From Candidatus Gottesmanbacteria bacterium (GTDB lineage Bacteria; Patescibacteriota; Microgenomatia; 2-02-FULL-39-11): a DNA stretch of 44,172 bases. The notes beneath the pieces are model-generated. The model had not been told where the DNA came from and made no database searches. It worked only from the letters and a program-made list of their open reading frames with translations. A program made the translations under genes and the position numbers. Numbering within the stretch: position 1 is the first letter of the stretch; each line of letters opens with the position of its first letter. Below are positions 1 through 9,980 of this stretch, piece after piece. The DNA lies in assembly GCA_016186795.1 (NCBI GenBank), contig JACPKY010000002.1, positions 670,771 to 714,942 of the forward strand, read 5' to 3'.

Positions 1-1
1 T

Positions 2-1078
2 TAGGTATTGAGAGGTTGGCGAACCAGGCCGAATTCCTGGAATAAACCCTCCGTATTTTTGAATATCGGCAGCAATTTTCTGAGGGTTAAATGTCACTGC
101 TGTATAAAAATAGGTAAATCCGATAACGAGCAAAAAGTATGTTATATCGTACGCAAGACCACCTGTTGCAAAGGTAGTTACAACATTTTGGGCAAAATCC
201 TGCAAAAGTTTATTCGGTAGATAGACTGCAAAACGACCAAACAGAGAGGGAAGAAGAACAATCGAAACTGCAAAAATAATTGGAATAACTCCAGCTTGAT
301 TGAGGCGAAGTGGAATGTACGTTGACGTTCCGCCAACGGTTTTATTCCCCCTTATACGTTTCGCATAATGCACTGGTACTTGTCGCACAGCCTCGTTCAC
401 AAACACAATACCCGCAACAACGAGAAACCCCATAAGGAGAAAGATTCCCGTGTTTATCAGAAGTTCTTGATTAATAACAGTTACTGTTTGCCAGGCAACA
501 ACAGGCAATCTCCCAACTATCCCTCCAAAAATGAGAAGAGAAATACCATTTCCGATACCAAACTCAGATATGAGTTCTCCAAACCACATAAGGAGTATCG
601 TTCCAGCCGTCATCGTAACCATCATTGAAAGAAGTACGATAGGCGATTGGATATTGATAATATCTTGGCTCTTCAAAAGTGCATACATTCCGAGTGATTG
701 AATAAGTGCAAGGGGAATTGTCAGAAATCGCGTGTACTGGTTAATTTTTTCCCGTCCATACTCACCTTCTTTTGAAAGTTCTTCAAGTTTTGGAAAAACC
801 ATCGTTAAGAGCTGTAAAATGATTGAAGCATTTATGTACGGATTAAGCCCAATTGCCATGACAGAAAAATTTGCAAGAGTTCCGCCTGAAAAAATATCCA
901 GAAGTCCTAAAAATTCACTTTGGGAAAATAAAGTCTGCAGTTTTTCTACATTCACTCCCGGAATGGGCACGTGGGCAAAAATTCTGAAGACCAAAAAAAT
1001 AAATGCGGTGAAGAGAAGTTTTTTGCGAAGATCTGCAGTTTTTAAAGCCTGAATGAATGGATGAATAAATTTGTTCAT
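2..1078 (-). CDS. secY: Preprotein translocase SecY (3' end runs off the window)
   Basis: Not in the ORF track because it has no stop in the window. ATG at 1076-1078 overlaps the rplO TGA. Manual translation [41 protein letters not shown]...[33 protein letters not shown] is typical SecY; canonical position after rplO. Confidence 0.97.
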   Translation of the reverse strand, partial: MNKFIHPFIQALKTADLRKKLLFTAFIFLVFRIFAHVPIPGVNVEKLQTLFSQSEFLGLLDIFSGGTLANFSVMAIGLNPYINASIILQLLTMVFPKLEELSKEGEYGREKINQYTRFLTIPLALIQSLGMYALLKSQDIINIQSPIVLLSMMVTMTAGTILLMWFGELISEFGIGNGISLLIFGGIVGRLPVVAWQTVTVINQELLINTGIFLLMGFLVVAGIVFVNEAVRQVPVHYAKRIRGNKTVGGTSTYIPLRLNQAGVIPIIFAVSIVLLPSLFGRFAVYLPNKLLQDFAQNVVTTFATGGLAYDITYFLLVIGFTYFYTAVTFNPQKIAADIQKYGGFIPGIRPGSPTSQYL

Positions 1079-1527
1079 GCAACCTTGTATGTAACTTTGC
1101 CACCGGCTTTCTCAATCTTTTTTCGTGCTGAATTTGAACAAGGTAATTCTACAGTAAATGCTTTTTGTATCGTTCCATCTCCAAGAATTTTAATCCCATA
1201 AACCTCGGCATCTTTTTTCTTCACTATTCCATGTTTTACCAGACTTTCCATATTAATAGTTGATTTCTCTGGTAGGATATGCAGATATTTTATATTGACA
1301 ATAATAGGGTCATGAGAGATTGATTTGTTGCGGAGTTTTCCTCGTATAAGAGGTAACCTTCTTACGAGCGAAAGAGATCCCCCGGTAAATACAGACCGAA
1401 TTTTTCCTCTTGCCTTCTGACCTTTTGTCCCTCGGCCAGCAGTTTTCCCTCGACCACTCCCATGACCTTGACCCAATCTCTTTTTCTTTCTCTCTGTTAT
1501 TTTTGGTAATGAATGGAGTGTTGTCAT
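1075..1527 (-). CDS. rplO: 50S ribosomal protein uL15
   Basis: [24 protein letters not shown] and KILGDG...[10 protein letters not shown] motifs. Confidence 0.97.
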   Translation of the reverse strand: MTTLHSLPKITERKKKRLGQGHGSGRGKTAGRGTKGQKARGKIRSVFTGGSLSLVRRLPLIRGKLRNKSISHDPIIVNIKYLHILPEKSTINMESLVKHGIVKKKDAEVYGIKILGDGTIQKAFTVELPCSNSARKKIEKAGGKVTYKVA

Positions 1528-1531
1528 ATCT

Positions 1532-1990
1532 TTATGTACGAGACTTCAATTTTTGTAACGCCGCAAATGTTGCATATACATTTGATGCTTTATTGTCAGT
1601 ACCGAGAATTTTTGAAACGATATCACGAACCCCTGCAGCCTCAACCACTGCCCGCACTGCGCCTCCTGCACGAATACCAGTTCCAGCTGGAGCTGGTTTC
1701 AATAGAATTTTTGCAGCTCCCATTTTAATACGTATTTCGTGTGGAATAGTTGTCTTAACCATTGGAACGGTAATGAGATGCTTCTTTGCATAGGCTGCAC
1801 CCTTCCTTACAGCTGATGAGACATCACCCGCTTTCCCCAAACCTACTCCTACTCTTCCCTTCTTATCACCTACAATAATAAGAACAGAAAAACCAATTTT
1901 ATTCCCTCCTGTGGTTTTTTTTGAGACACGATTCACTTGAATTACTTTTTCCTCAAACTCACCCGGCTGAGAATTTTGAGTGCTCCTCAT
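1532..1990 (-). CDS. rpsE: 30S ribosomal protein uS5
   Basis: VNRVSKKTTGG, VGDKKGRVGVGLGKA and PAPAGTGIRAGGAVR motifs; ATG at 1990 preferred to TTG at 2005. Confidence 0.97.
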   Translation of the reverse strand: MRSTQNSQPGEFEEKVIQVNRVSKKTTGGNKIGFSVLIIVGDKKGRVGVGLGKAGDVSSAVRKGAAYAKKHLITVPMVKTTIPHEIRIKMGAAKILLKPAPAGTGIRAGGAVRAVVEAAGVRDIVSKILGTDNKASNVYATFAALQKLKSRT

Positions 1991-2001
1991 ATGGAAATAT
2001 T

Positions 2002-2361
2002 TCAAAATTGTAATCCTCCTTTTCTCGCCCCCTCGGCTATGGCTTTCACTCGACCATGGTATTTATTCCCACCACGATCAAAGATGACAGATGAAATTTT
2101 CTTCACTTTCGCTTTCTGTGCAAGCAATTCTCCTATCTTCTCTGCCATTTGCGTTTTAGTGAGTTTTGGACTATTTTTGACTGTAATTTCTTTCCAACTC
2201 ACTGAAAGAAGTGTTTTTCGTAAACTATCATCGATCAACTGTGCATAGATACCCTTACCTGACCGAAATACTGATAATCGCGGTCGATTTTTCCTCCCTA
2301 CAATTTTTGCTCGAATACGCATTTTTCTTCTTTCAATATTTTTTGTATATCGTTTCATCAT
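2002..2361 (-). CDS. rplR: 50S ribosomal protein uL18
   Basis: RPRLSVFRS, IYAQLIDD and FDRGGNKYHGRVKAIAEGARKGGLQF motifs. Confidence 0.97.
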   Translation of the reverse strand: MMKRYTKNIERRKMRIRAKIVGRKNRPRLSVFRSGKGIYAQLIDDSLRKTLLSVSWKEITVKNSPKLTKTQMAEKIGELLAQKAKVKKISSVIFDRGGNKYHGRVKAIAEGARKGGLQF

Positions 2362-2363
2362 AA

Positions 2364-2918
2364 TTATTTCGCGCCAGTTGCACCAACTGCTTTGGCAGCT
2401 TTCCCTAACTTCTTTCGAATATATTCTCCTTTGTATCGAATTCCTTTCCCTTTGTACGGTTCAGGTTTTTTAATTCGGTGAATCGTTGCGGCAACCTCTC
2501 CTACAAGATATTTATCTACTCCAGAAACAGTAATGATATTTTCAGAAACACCAAAAGAAATTCCTTCAGGTGCTTGTATTTTTACTGGATGAGAAAATCC
2601 GAGATGTAGAATAAGCTCCTGTCCACTTGTCTGCGCTCTATAGCCAACTCCTACCAGCTCTAATGATTTTGTCCAAGGAGTTGTAACTCCGGTGATAGCA
2701 TTTGCTAAAATGCTTCGGAAAAGACCATACGTACTTTTTTCTCCTTTTGAACTTTTCATTTCTACGAAAACGTCTTTATCATTGACTTTTAGTAAAATAT
2801 CTTGAGGTTGTCGAAGCACTACCTTTCCCTTTGGTCCAGAAATCAGCACATCCCTTCCTTCAATTGAAAAGGTAACAGTAGAATCACGTTGTATCGGTTT
2901 CATTCCAATTCTTGACAT
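2364..2918 (-). CDS. rplF: 50S ribosomal protein uL6
   Basis: MSRIG start at 2918; LELVGVGYRA, LGFSHP and PEPYKGKGIRY motifs. Confidence 0.97.
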   Translation of the reverse strand: MSRIGMKPIQRDSTVTFSIEGRDVLISGPKGKVVLRQPQDILLKVNDKDVFVEMKSSKGEKSTYGLFRSILANAITGVTTPWTKSLELVGVGYRAQTSGQELILHLGFSHPVKIQAPEGISFGVSENIITVSGVDKYLVGEVAATIHRIKKPEPYKGKGIRYKGEYIRKKLGKAAKAVGATGAK

Positions 2919-2925
2919 ATGTTTA

Positions 2926-3318
2926 TTACCACAATTTGCAAAGCAATTCGCCTCCAAGACTCTTTTTGCGAGCATCTTCTCCAGTGAAAATTCCTTGGGG
3001 CGTCGATATAAGGACCATTCCTAACCCACCGAGAACCCTTGGTATTCCCGTTTTTTTCACATAAACACGCCTTCCAGGTTTACTTACGCGGGAAACATTC
3101 GTCATTTTTGGTTCACCATTCTCATACAATAACTCCACAGCTAGCATTTTTGATGTTTCCTTTTTCTCTGATTTAAAACTCCCAATAAAACCTTTTTTAC
3201 CAAGGATAGTTGCCATTTCATAATTAATTTTGCTATATGGCACAAGAACAGACTTTTTATGTGCCATGTATCCATTTTTTATTCGGATAAGAAAATCAGA
3301 AATTGTATCTGTAGTCAT
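2926..3318 (-). CDS. rpsH: 30S ribosomal protein uS8
   Basis: DTISDFLIRIKN, RVSKPGRRVY and ISTPQGI...GGELLCKLW motifs. Confidence 0.97.
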   Translation of the reverse strand: MTTDTISDFLIRIKNGYMAHKKSVLVPYSKINYEMATILGKKGFIGSFKSEKKETSKMLAVELLYENGEPKMTNVSRVSKPGRRVYVKKTGIPRVLGGLGMVLISTPQGIFTGEDARKKSLGGELLCKLW

Positions 3319-3322
3319 AGAA

Positions 3323-3508
3323 TTACCAACTTGCTTTTACAACTCCCGGAAGGTGTCCCTTATGTGCCAACTCACGGAAACAAAGCCGGCAGAGAGAAAA
3401 CTTTCGAATAAATCCTCGACTTCTTCCACAGAGCTGACATCGGTTCTTGAACCGAACTTGATATTTTTGCTTCTTTTTAAATTTAACGATATCTGATACT
3501 TTGGCCAT
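3323..3508 (-). CDS. rpsN: 30S ribosomal protein uS14, zinc-binding (C+, type Z), 61 aa
   Basis: MAK start at 3508; NRCQLCGR...[10 protein letters not shown]...LPGVVKASW. Confidence 0.97.
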   Translation of the reverse strand: MAKVSDIVKFKKKQKYQVRFKNRCQLCGRSRGFIRKFSLCRLCFRELAHKGHLPGVVKASW

Positions 3509-3542
3509 ATATTTTCTCTCAAGAGATCTGCATATTATACAG

Positions 3543-4085
3543 CTAAATCTTCCGAAATGGCATACCAAACGCTTGTAACAGTGTATATGTCTCTTTTTTA
3601 TCTTTGCCGGTTGTTACGAATGTTATCTCCAAACCCCGAATCTTATCTATCTCACTGTAGTCAATCTCAGGAAATACAATTTGTTCCGATAAACCCAATG
3701 TGAAACTTCCTCTCCCATCAAATCCATTATCTGGTACTCCCCGAAAATCGCGAATTCGTGGAAGAACCATTCGAATAAGTTTTTCAAAAAAGTCATACAT
3801 CCGTTTTCCACGAAGTGTCACTTTGACTCCAATCGCATCACCGCGGCGAAGCTTAAATGCTGAAATATCCTTCCGTGCTCGTGTTATCATTGGTTTCTGA
3901 CCAGTTATTTGACTGAGTTGTTTCCCTACCTCATCAAGTACCTTCTTATTTTCCAAAGCTTCTCCAAGCCCGATGTTCACTACTATTTTTAATAGTTTTG
4001 GAATAGCCATGGAATTTGTTATTCCTAATTCTTTTCCAAGCTTTCCGGAAACTGTCTTCTGGTATGTCTCGTGTAAAGTTCCCAT
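3543..4085 (-). CDS. rplE: 50S ribosomal protein uL5
   Basis: [27 protein letters not shown] and LPRIRDFRG motifs. Confidence 0.98.
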   Translation of the reverse strand: MGTLHETYQKTVSGKLGKELGITNSMAIPKLLKIVVNIGLGEALENKKVLDEVGKQLSQITGQKPMITRARKDISAFKLRRGDAIGVKVTLRGKRMYDFFEKLIRMVLPRIRDFRGVPDNGFDGRGSFTLGLSEQIVFPEIDYSEIDKIRGLEITFVTTGKDKKETYTLLQAFGMPFRKI

Positions 4086-4089
4086 ACTG

Positions 4090-4395
4090 TTATATCAATG
4101 CATCACACTTTCTGCAGTAACGCTTTTTCGTACTTCCGTCAAGTTTCATCCCAATTCTTGTCGGTTTATCACATTTCGGACAAATGACTGCGATATTAGC
4201 AACAGAGATAGGTCGGCTTATATCAATAATACCGCCTTTATGAGTACCTTCTTTTTTCTTTATATGACGTTTGTATATATTGAGTCCAGGCAAAAGTACC
4301 GTGCTGGACTTAAGGAAAATTTTTTCAATTTTTCCTTTCTTCCCTTTATCTTTACCTGCAGTTATTACTACTGAATCACCTTTTTTAAATTTCAT
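4090..4395 (-). CDS. rplX: 50S ribosomal protein uL24 (with CPKC/CRKC cysteine pairs)
   Basis: KOW motif KKGDSVVITAGKDKGKKGKI; position in the spc operon. Confidence 0.97.
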   Translation of the reverse strand: MKFKKGDSVVITAGKDKGKKGKIEKIFLKSSTVLLPGLNIYKRHIKKKEGTHKGGIIDISRPISVANIAVICPKCDKPTRIGMKLDGSTKKRYCRKCDALI

Positions 4396-4401
4396 AACAC
4401 G

Positions 4402-4776
4402 TTAAATTACTTCTTCAGCCATTGAAGCTATTTTGGAAAATCCACGATCTTTCAATTCTCGTGCAATAGGACCAAAGATTCTCGTTCCCCTTGGATTTTT
4501 GTCTGCCAGTGTATCGATAATAACAACTGCATTATCATCAAAGCGGATATATGACCCATCATTCCTCCGTTTTTCTTTCCTGGTACGTACAATCACCGCT
4601 TTTACTTTCTCATGCGCCTTTACCATTCCGTTGGCATCTGCCTTTTTCACAACACAATTTACAATATCGCCAAGGTATGCGATTTTCTTATTTCCCTTTC
4701 CCATGACTTGGATGATTGAGAGTTTTTGAGCACCGGAATTATCAGCCACATTAACGTACGATCGAAGCTGTATCAT
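4402..4776 (-). CDS. rplN: 50S ribosomal protein uL14
   Basis: [16 protein letters not shown] and [12 protein letters not shown] motifs. Confidence 0.98.
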   Translation of the reverse strand: MIQLRSYVNVADNSGAQKLSIIQVMGKGNKKIAYLGDIVNCVVKKADANGMVKAHEKVKAVIVRTRKEKRRNDGSYIRFDDNAVVIIDTLADKNPRGTRIFGPIARELKDRGFSKIASMAEEVI

Positions 4777-5009
4777 GATGTAGATTTTTTTTCAATTACT
4801 TTATAATGCTTTTCCTTTGATAGAGGACGAATCTCGGCAATTTGCACTGTATCACCAACTTTGAACGAACTACCAGGATAGTCTACCTTATACCGCTTTG
4901 TTCTTTTTACAAACTTTTTGTACAAAGGGTGAAGCCGCTGTTGTGCTACTTCAACTACAACAGTATTCTTCATCTTCGTTGATACTACCTTTCCGGTACG
5001 TGTCTTCAT
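4773..5009 (-). CDS. rpsQ: 30S ribosomal protein uS17
   Basis: [20 protein letters not shown] and [14 protein letters not shown] motifs. Confidence 0.97.
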   Translation of the reverse strand: MKTRTGKVVSTKMKNTVVVEVAQQRLHPLYKKFVKRTKRYKVDYPGSSFKVGDTVQIAEIRPLSKEKHYKVIEKKSTS

Positions 5010-5212
5010 ACGCGTTCAAGCTCCTTCTCTTTCATAATAGTAATGATCCGTGCGACTTCATTTCGCTTTTTCCCAAGAAGCGACACATTTTTCATTTTCC
5101 CTGATTTCTGCGATATGCTAATCATGGTTATATCAGTTTCATATTCCTTCAAAAGATTTCTCAACTCTTCAACGGTTTTATCACGAAATTCATTTTTCAC
5201 TTTCGGTTTCAT
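5006..5212 (-). CDS. rpmC: 50S ribosomal protein uL29
   Basis: 68-aa helical protein with EVARIIT motif, between rplP and rpsQ. Confidence 0.93.
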   Translation of the reverse strand: MKPKVKNEFRDKTVEELRNLLKEYETDITMISISQKSGKMKNVSLLGKKRNEVARIITIMKEKELERV

Positions 5213-5622
5213 ACATTTCCTCTCTTTATATACTTTGTTTTCAGCGGAAGTTTTCTTCCTGATGCTTCTAATGCTTCACGCGCCATCCCCTCAGGAATTC
5301 CCCCCATCTCAAAAATAACTCTTCCTGGTCTTATAACAGCGACATATTCTACGACGTCGCCTTTCCCGCCACCCATCCGCACCTCCGGCGGTTTATCTGA
5401 AATAGGCTTATCAGGAAAAATACGAATCCATACTCTACCACCTTTTTGGGTATACCGAGTCAAGACTTTCCTTCCTGATTCAATTTGCCGAGAAGAGATC
5501 CACCCTCGTCCAATTGCTTTCAGCGCATACTCTCCAAAGCTAATCTCCGTACCTCGTGTTGAGTTACCCTTCATGATTCCTCGAAATTGTTTTCTATATT
5601 TTGCGCGTTTTGGTACTAACAT
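5209..5622 (-). CDS. rplP: 50S ribosomal protein uL16
   Basis: MLVPKRAKYRKQFRG start at 5622; WIRIFPDKP and RMGGGKG motifs. Confidence 0.98.
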   Translation of the reverse strand: MLVPKRAKYRKQFRGIMKGNSTRGTEISFGEYALKAIGRGWISSRQIESGRKVLTRYTQKGGRVWIRIFPDKPISDKPPEVRMGGGKGDVVEYVAVIRPGRVIFEMGGIPEGMAREALEASGRKLPLKTKYIKRGNV

Positions 5623-5624
5623 AG

Positions 5625-6281
5625 TTATGTACAAATCCAAACTTTTACACCAATATAGCCTGACTTTGTCAGAGACGGCACATGCTCAAAATCAACACGT
5701 TCTCGAATTGTAGAAAGAGGAATACTCCCAACTTTATACGTCTCGCGTCTTGAAATTTCAGCTCCTCCTATTCTTCCTGAAAGGATAACTTTTACTCCCT
5801 TCGCACCTGAACCCATAACTTTCTCCAATGCGTATGAAACCGCTCGTTTATGTGGGAGTCTCTTTGCGAGCTGCTCGGCAATTTGAGATGCTACGAAATA
5901 AGCACTTAAATATGGTTCTTTCACTTGTTCAACACGAACTTCTAATTTTGTTGAGTTCTTCTCTTTCGGCGTAAGATTATTTTTTCGTATTTTTGCTATT
6001 AACTTCTGGATAAATGTTTTAATTTCTTCCATACCTTGTCCACCTCGTCCGATAACCATTCCTGGCCGAACAACGTGAAGAATAATATTTATTTTATTGA
6101 TCGATCTTTCTATTTCAATCTTTGTAATACCTGCCGGTCGAAGTTTTGCAAAGAGTGTTTTTCGAATGACTGCATCTTCCACAACAAAAAATTTATACTG
6201 CTGGTTATTTGCAAACCACCGAGATTCCCATGTATAGAGTGGACCGAGGCGAAAACCTTTTGGATTAATTTTTTGACCCAT
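5625..6281 (-). CDS. rpsC: 30S ribosomal protein uS3
   Basis: MGQKINPKGFRLG, RPGMVIGRGG, SGRIGGAEISR and GVKVWI motifs. Confidence 0.98.
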   Translation of the reverse strand: MGQKINPKGFRLGPLYTWESRWFANNQQYKFFVVEDAVIRKTLFAKLRPAGITKIEIERSINKINIILHVVRPGMVIGRGGQGMEEIKTFIQKLIAKIRKNNLTPKEKNSTKLEVRVEQVKEPYLSAYFVASQIAEQLAKRLPHKRAVSYALEKVMGSGAKGVKVILSGRIGGAEISRRETYKVGSIPLSTIRERVDFEHVPSLTKSGYIGVKVWICT

Positions 6282-6284
6282 TCG

Positions 6285-6665
6285 TTACTCCTTTATCTCC
6301 TTCTCTTTTTTATGAGATTTATCGTCTTGTCTCACACTCAAGATTATCCGCACATGTGTTGTTCGACGCTTTATCTGATGAGCCATTCCTCTTGATACAG
6401 CTCGCCAACGCTTGAGATGTGGCCCTTTCAATATCTGGATTGATTTAATTTGGAGTCGTGACGGCTCAAGTTTATGCGTATTGACCGCGTTGTCATAGGC
6501 AGACTTAACACTTTTTGCAAGAAGCTTTCCCATTTTTCCCTCCATTGCCTGCAACCTCTCAATTGCAGTCATTGGACTAAGACCTATCGATATATGTCCA
6601 AACTCCTTCATTTTTTTGGGTGATACATGTAAATATTTGGAAACAGCGGTAACTTCCATATGCAT
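6285..6665 (-). CDS. rplV: 50S ribosomal protein uL22
   Basis: SPKK and GPHLKRWRAVSRGMAHQIKRRTTHVRI motifs; alternative ATG at 6659. Confidence 0.96.
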   Translation of the reverse strand: MHMEVTAVSKYLHVSPKKMKEFGHISIGLSPMTAIERLQAMEGKMGKLLAKSVKSAYDNAVNTHKLEPSRLQIKSIQILKGPHLKRWRAVSRGMAHQIKRRTTHVRIILSVRQDDKSHKKEKEIKE

Positions 6666-6949
6666 TATGTTTTCTCCAGTATTCGCTTTGTAACCTGCCC
6701 GTGTCCTCGAAATGTTCGTGTGAGAGCAAATTCTCCAAGCCGATGACCAACCATTGCTTCGGAAATAAAAACTTCTATAAATTTCCTTCCGTTATATACA
6801 CCTATCTTATGACCAACAAACTCTGGCGGGATTTGGCAGGCGCGTGCCCATGTTTTAATCACGTCGCTCTGTTTTGTTTCTTTCTGTTTTAAAACTTTCT
6901 TTAACAATTTTTGGTCTATGTATGGACCTTTTTTTAAACTTCTACTCAT
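6665..6949 (-). CDS. rpsS: 30S ribosomal protein uS19
   Basis: [10 protein letters not shown] and [15 protein letters not shown] motifs. Confidence 0.98.
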   Translation of the reverse strand: MSRSLKKGPYIDQKLLKKVLKQKETKQSDVIKTWARACQIPPEFVGHKIGVYNGRKFIEVFISEAMVGHRLGEFALTRTFRGHGQVTKRILEKT

Positions 6950-6952
6950 ACG

Positions 6953-7732
6953 TTACCCCTTCCCTCTTTTCCTTTTTTGTAAAATCATCACATTACTATA
7001 TTTCCCACGTTTTCTCGTAATAAGTCCTCGAGCTGGTTTTCCCCAGGGTGTTTTCGATTGTTTCATACCCTCTCCACTTCGGCCTTCTCCTCCACCATGA
7101 GGATGAGATCCAGGGTGTTGTGCAGTACCTCGAACCTTTGGCCGAATACCGAAATGTCTCGAACGACCTGCTTTTCCCAGAGGCTCTGATTTCCATTCAA
7201 TATTTGCTAACTGTCCAACAGTTGCGAAACACTCTTTGTGAAATTTTCTTACTTCCCCAGATGGTAGCTTCACGTGGGCAAATTTACCTTCTTTTGCAAG
7301 AATTGTTGCGAGTGTTCCTGCTCCGCGGACAACCTGTCCTCCTTTTCCCGCGTGTATCTCAATGTTATGAATTGGCATTCCAATTGGAATATTAGATAAT
7401 GGAAGACTGTTTCCAGGCTTTGCCTCAACATCATACCCTGCAAAAATATCTTCACCAAGTTGAACCTGAGATGGACGGAGGATATATCGTTTTTCTCCAT
7501 CTTTATATTGGACAAGAGCTACCTCAACATTTCTGTTTGGATCATACTCAAAGGCAACGACTTTTCCGGTAACATTCAATTTATTTCGCTTAAAATCAAT
7601 CTCTCTGTAAAATCGCTTTTCTCGACCACCGATATGACGGGCGGTTATGTGCCCAAGATTATTTCTACCGGATGTTTTTTTTAGTATCCGAAGAAGCGGC
7701 TTTTCTGGTTTCGTATTGCTGATTACTCTCAT
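6953..7732 (-). CDS. rplB: 50S ribosomal protein uL2 (short N-terminus)
   Basis: GRNNLGHIT, EYDPNR, LGKAGRSR, HPHGGGEG and TPWGKP motifs. Confidence 0.98.
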   Translation of the reverse strand: MRVISNTKPEKPLLRILKKTSGRNNLGHITARHIGGREKRFYREIDFKRNKLNVTGKVVAFEYDPNRNVEVALVQYKDGEKRYILRPSQVQLGEDIFAGYDVEAKPGNSLPLSNIPIGMPIHNIEIHAGKGGQVVRGAGTLATILAKEGKFAHVKLPSGEVRKFHKECFATVGQLANIEWKSEPLGKAGRSRHFGIRPKVRGTAQHPGSHPHGGGEGRSGEGMKQSKTPWGKPARGLITRKRGKYSNVMILQKRKRGKG

Positions 7733-8025
7733 TTTGTTTCTCCTACCTCAAATGCATCAATTTTTTCTCCTTGTTTTAATCGCATATATGCCTTCTTTAT
7801 GTCTGGAAGCTTGACCTTCATACGCTTCTTCCCTGCAACTTTCACTTTCCCTTTTTTTATCAGTGTCTTGACACCCATCACATGCACGTTGTAAATACGC
7901 TCTATACTTTCTGCGATCTGCTTTTTGGAAGCGTCTTTTGCCACTTCGAATGTAAACACGCCACGACGCGCATCAGAAAGTGTTTTTTCAGTAATCATAG
8001 GCTTTTTCACAACAACTCTTTTCAT
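7729..8025 (-). CDS. rplW: 50S ribosomal protein uL23
   Basis: PMITEK, FTFEV...ASKKQI and KKAYMRL motifs. Confidence 0.96.
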   Translation of the reverse strand: MKRVVVKKPMITEKTLSDARRGVFTFEVAKDASKKQIAESIERIYNVHVMGVKTLIKKGKVKVAGKKRMKVKLPDIKKAYMRLKQGEKIDAFEVGETK

Positions 8026-8038
8026 ACTTTTCTCTCTT

Positions 8039-8824
8039 TTAATTTTCCCTTTCTTTTACCATTGCTTTTTTTTCCATAGTTCGCTTTTTCACACTTCCTT
8101 GGAATTTTTCTTCCACTTTCACGCTTGATACATTTTTCCTTTTATCTTTTTCTTTCAAAAAATCAACTGCCTCCTCCATCATAATAAGATGTTGGGCATT
8201 CAACACCTGAAACGAGTACATCTGTTTTACTGCAGTTATAGAAAATCCCTCAATATTTCTTCCCGCCAAAAAAACATTTGGCAATATCTCTGGAAGTACA
8301 AGTAATGCATTCATCTTTTTTGTTAGTATTTTTATATTTCGAAGAATTTGAACCATCTCTTTCGTTTTCGGCGTTAACTGAGTAAGTCCTCTAATAATAG
8401 TAAGTTTTCCCTCTTGAAGTTTCTGTGATAATGCACCAAAAAGCGCTTTTTGCTTCAGTTTCTTGGATATGCGAAGAGAAAAATCGGTTTGTGTTGGACC
8501 ATGAGCCACCCCTCCACCAATATAAATGGGTGCTTTGCTGCTTCCATGTCTTGCTCTCCCTGTTCCCTTTTGTCTATAGACTTTCCGAGTTGAACCTGAA
8601 ACATCTCCTCGCGTCTTTGCTTTTCTTGTGCCTCCCCGCTGATTTGCTAAATAAACTCGAACTACTTGCGATAAAAGACGAGGATCTACTTTTACTCCAA
8701 AAACTTCTTTTGGGAGTACAGCTTTCGCAACAACTTTCCCCTCTTTATCGACAATATCGTGCGAAAAAGAGATTCTTTTCGAGGGCACTTCCTTCTGTGG
8801 TGATAATTTTTTTACACGTGCCAT
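8039..8824 (-). CDS. rplD: 50S ribosomal protein uL4 with basic N- and C-terminal extensions
   Basis: KTRGDVSGSTRKVYRQKGTGRARHGS and GGGVAHGP motifs. Confidence 0.97.
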   Translation of the reverse strand: MARVKKLSPQKEVPSKRISFSHDIVDKEGKVVAKAVLPKEVFGVKVDPRLLSQVVRVYLANQRGGTRKAKTRGDVSGSTRKVYRQKGTGRARHGSSKAPIYIGGGVAHGPTQTDFSLRISKKLKQKALFGALSQKLQEGKLTIIRGLTQLTPKTKEMVQILRNIKILTKKMNALLVLPEILPNVFLAGRNIEGFSITAVKQMYSFQVLNAQHLIMMEEAVDFLKEKDKRKNVSSVKVEEKFQGSVKKRTMEKKAMVKEREN

Positions 8825-8829
8825 AGGTA

Positions 8830-9477
8830 TTACTCAGAAGTTTTTTCAATAATAACCAACGCATTTCTTCCCCCAGGAATTAGTCCCTTTATTGAAACAA
8901 TATGTTTTTGGGTATCAACTGACACAACGCGGAGGTTTTTTACTGTCACTTTCTCACTACCCATTCTTCCAGCCATGCGTTTCCCTTTATACACTCGTCC
9001 AGGAGTTGTCGTTTGACCTATAGATCCTGGAGCTCTCTCTCGATCTGATTGGCCATGCGTCCGTGGTCCGCCCTTAAAATGATGACGGGTAACGACTCCT
9101 TGAAATCCTTTCCCTTTGGAAATACCAATAACTTGTACTCTATCACCAGGTTTTAATACATCGCTTACCTGAATCTGCGTCCCTAGTTTGAGTACGTCAA
9201 AATCTTTTGGATCGGAAATAGATACTTCCCTAAAAAAACGGGGAGGATTTTTCTCCAACCCCGCTTTTTTTACATTTCCCAACTCAGGCTTCGTAAGAGT
9301 AGCTGTACGTCTCGTACCAAATCCAAGTTGCAATGCATTATACCCGTCCTTTTCTGTTGTTTTGATGCCTACAATCCAGCACGGACCCGTAAGAATTTGG
9401 GTGACAGGAATCCGTCTCCCTTTCTCATCAAACATCTGAGTTTGAACCGTTTTTGATCCTAATAGTGCATTTACCAT
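8830..9477 (-). CDS. rplC: 50S ribosomal protein uL3
   Basis: DGYNALQLG, SKGKGFQGV, RAPGSIG and PGRVYKGKRMAGRMG motifs; ATG at 9477. Confidence 0.98.
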   Translation of the reverse strand: MVNALLGSKTVQTQMFDEKGRRIPVTQILTGPCWIVGIKTTEKDGYNALQLGFGTRRTATLTKPELGNVKKAGLEKNPPRFFREVSISDPKDFDVLKLGTQIQVSDVLKPGDRVQVIGISKGKGFQGVVTRHHFKGGPRTHGQSDRERAPGSIGQTTTPGRVYKGKRMAGRMGSEKVTVKNLRVVSVDTQKHIVSIKGLIPGGRNALVIIEKTSE

Positions 9478-9504
9478 AAAACAAAAATAGCCCCAGATAG
9501 GGGC
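9478..9504 (-). terminator. Terminator/attenuator-like hairpin plus U-tract directly before the rplC ATG
   Basis: Minus strand reads GCCCC-TATCT-GGGGC-TATTTTTGTTTT-ATG. Confidence 0.5.
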
Positions 9505-9546
9505 GTTGAAAGATCCCAATATCCGTTTTCTAAAAAATAGAGTGGT

Positions 9547-9555
9547 ATTTTACCA
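9547..9555 (-). promoter_or_regulatory. Putative extended -10 promoter for rplC
   Basis: Minus strand TGGTAAAAT about 70 nt upstream of rplC; no recognisable -35. Confidence 0.5.
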
Positions 9556-9620
9556 TGATGGAAAATAAAATACTTCCACTGCCGTTAAAATTTTTCCGTC
9601 CTTCCTTCGCTTCCTACATT

Positions 9621-9929
9621 TTACATTTTTACCTCAATGTCCACTCCTGCAGGAAGTTCCAAATGCATCATGGAGTCAATTGTTTTTTCCGTAGGTTCTA
9701 TAATATCGATAAGCCGCTTATGTACCTTAATGATAAACGCTTCTCGACTATCTTTATCCGTAAATGGCGATCGGTTGACAGTAAAATGTTGCTTATCGGT
9801 AGGAAGCGGAATCGGTCCCACCACCTTTGCTCCGGTTCGAATCGCCGTATCCAATATTTTTTGACAGGAATCATCAATGATTCTGCCATCATAAGCTTTT
9901 AGTCGAACTCGAATTCTTCCTTTCGGCAT
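9621..9929 (-). CDS. rpsJ: 30S ribosomal protein uS10
   Basis: [23 protein letters not shown] and LPAGVDIE motifs. Confidence 0.98.
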   Translation of the reverse strand: MPKGRIRVRLKAYDGRIIDDSCQKILDTAIRTGAKVVGPIPLPTDKQHFTVNRSPFTDKDSREAFIIKVHKRLIDIIEPTEKTIDSMMHLELPAGVDIEVKM

Positions 9930-9980
9930 TTTCCCTTTGCGTAATTGTCTTTTACGCGATACGTTTAATGTGCAAAACGA

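Noticed and set aside
3534-3539. TATAAT upstream of rpsN as an internal promoter
   Set aside because: No convincing -35 or extended TG; could be chance in AT-rich DNA.
9930-9980. Two small hairpins between tuf and rpsJ
   Set aside because: Short stems without a U-tract; too weak to call.
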